Source of the DNA: a virus
Virus genome (UHGV): UHGV-0068444
Length of the DNA stretch: 39,624 nucleotides
Strand: one strand, 5' to 3'
The notes under the pieces were generated by a model. It saw only the letters and a program-made list of their open reading frames with translations, was not told the DNA's origin and did no database searches. The translations under genes and the position numbers were made by a program. Shown one piece after another: positions 36,872-39,624 of the stretch. The stretch's first letter is position 1. Each line of letters opens with the position of its first letter.

Positions 36872-39624
<2,753 letters not shown>

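Overview
The window is one lambdoid prophage from an enterobacterial host (lambda-type regulatory and tail genes, HK97-type packaging and head genes), running from integrase on the left to the tail-fibre gene J on the right. All calls rest on reading the supplied ORF translations and the raw sequence; no searches were run, so family names are recollection-based and GC statements are by eye. Left to right: a TTATCAAAA triple repeat and an AT-rich membrane-protein gene; int/xis; a leftward early operon including an HD-domain hydrolase and a DUF2303/YfdQ-like protein; about 1 kb of ORF-poor GC-rich DNA; an S24-type CI repressor, Cro-like protein and PR promoter; replication, Dam-like methyltransferase fusion, RusA, Rha/KilAC, DUF968 and Q-like genes; a tR'-type terminator; lysis cassette; HNH; terminase, portal, S49 protease, capsid; tail genes with a G/T -1 frameshift; tape measure, M, L, K, I and J. 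No rRNA, tRNA or CRISPR array was found. The best candidates for an undescribed system are three AT-rich cargo insertions with no family I can name: a convergent gene pair between Q/tR' and holin (14281-16013), a reverse-strand zinc-ribbon protein (17782-18459), and a self-contained promoter/two-gene/terminator cassette (19141-19958). Known-type cargo (Ail/Lom OMP, SodC) sits between M and L. The J-like ORF stops short of lambda J length 35 nt from the window edge.
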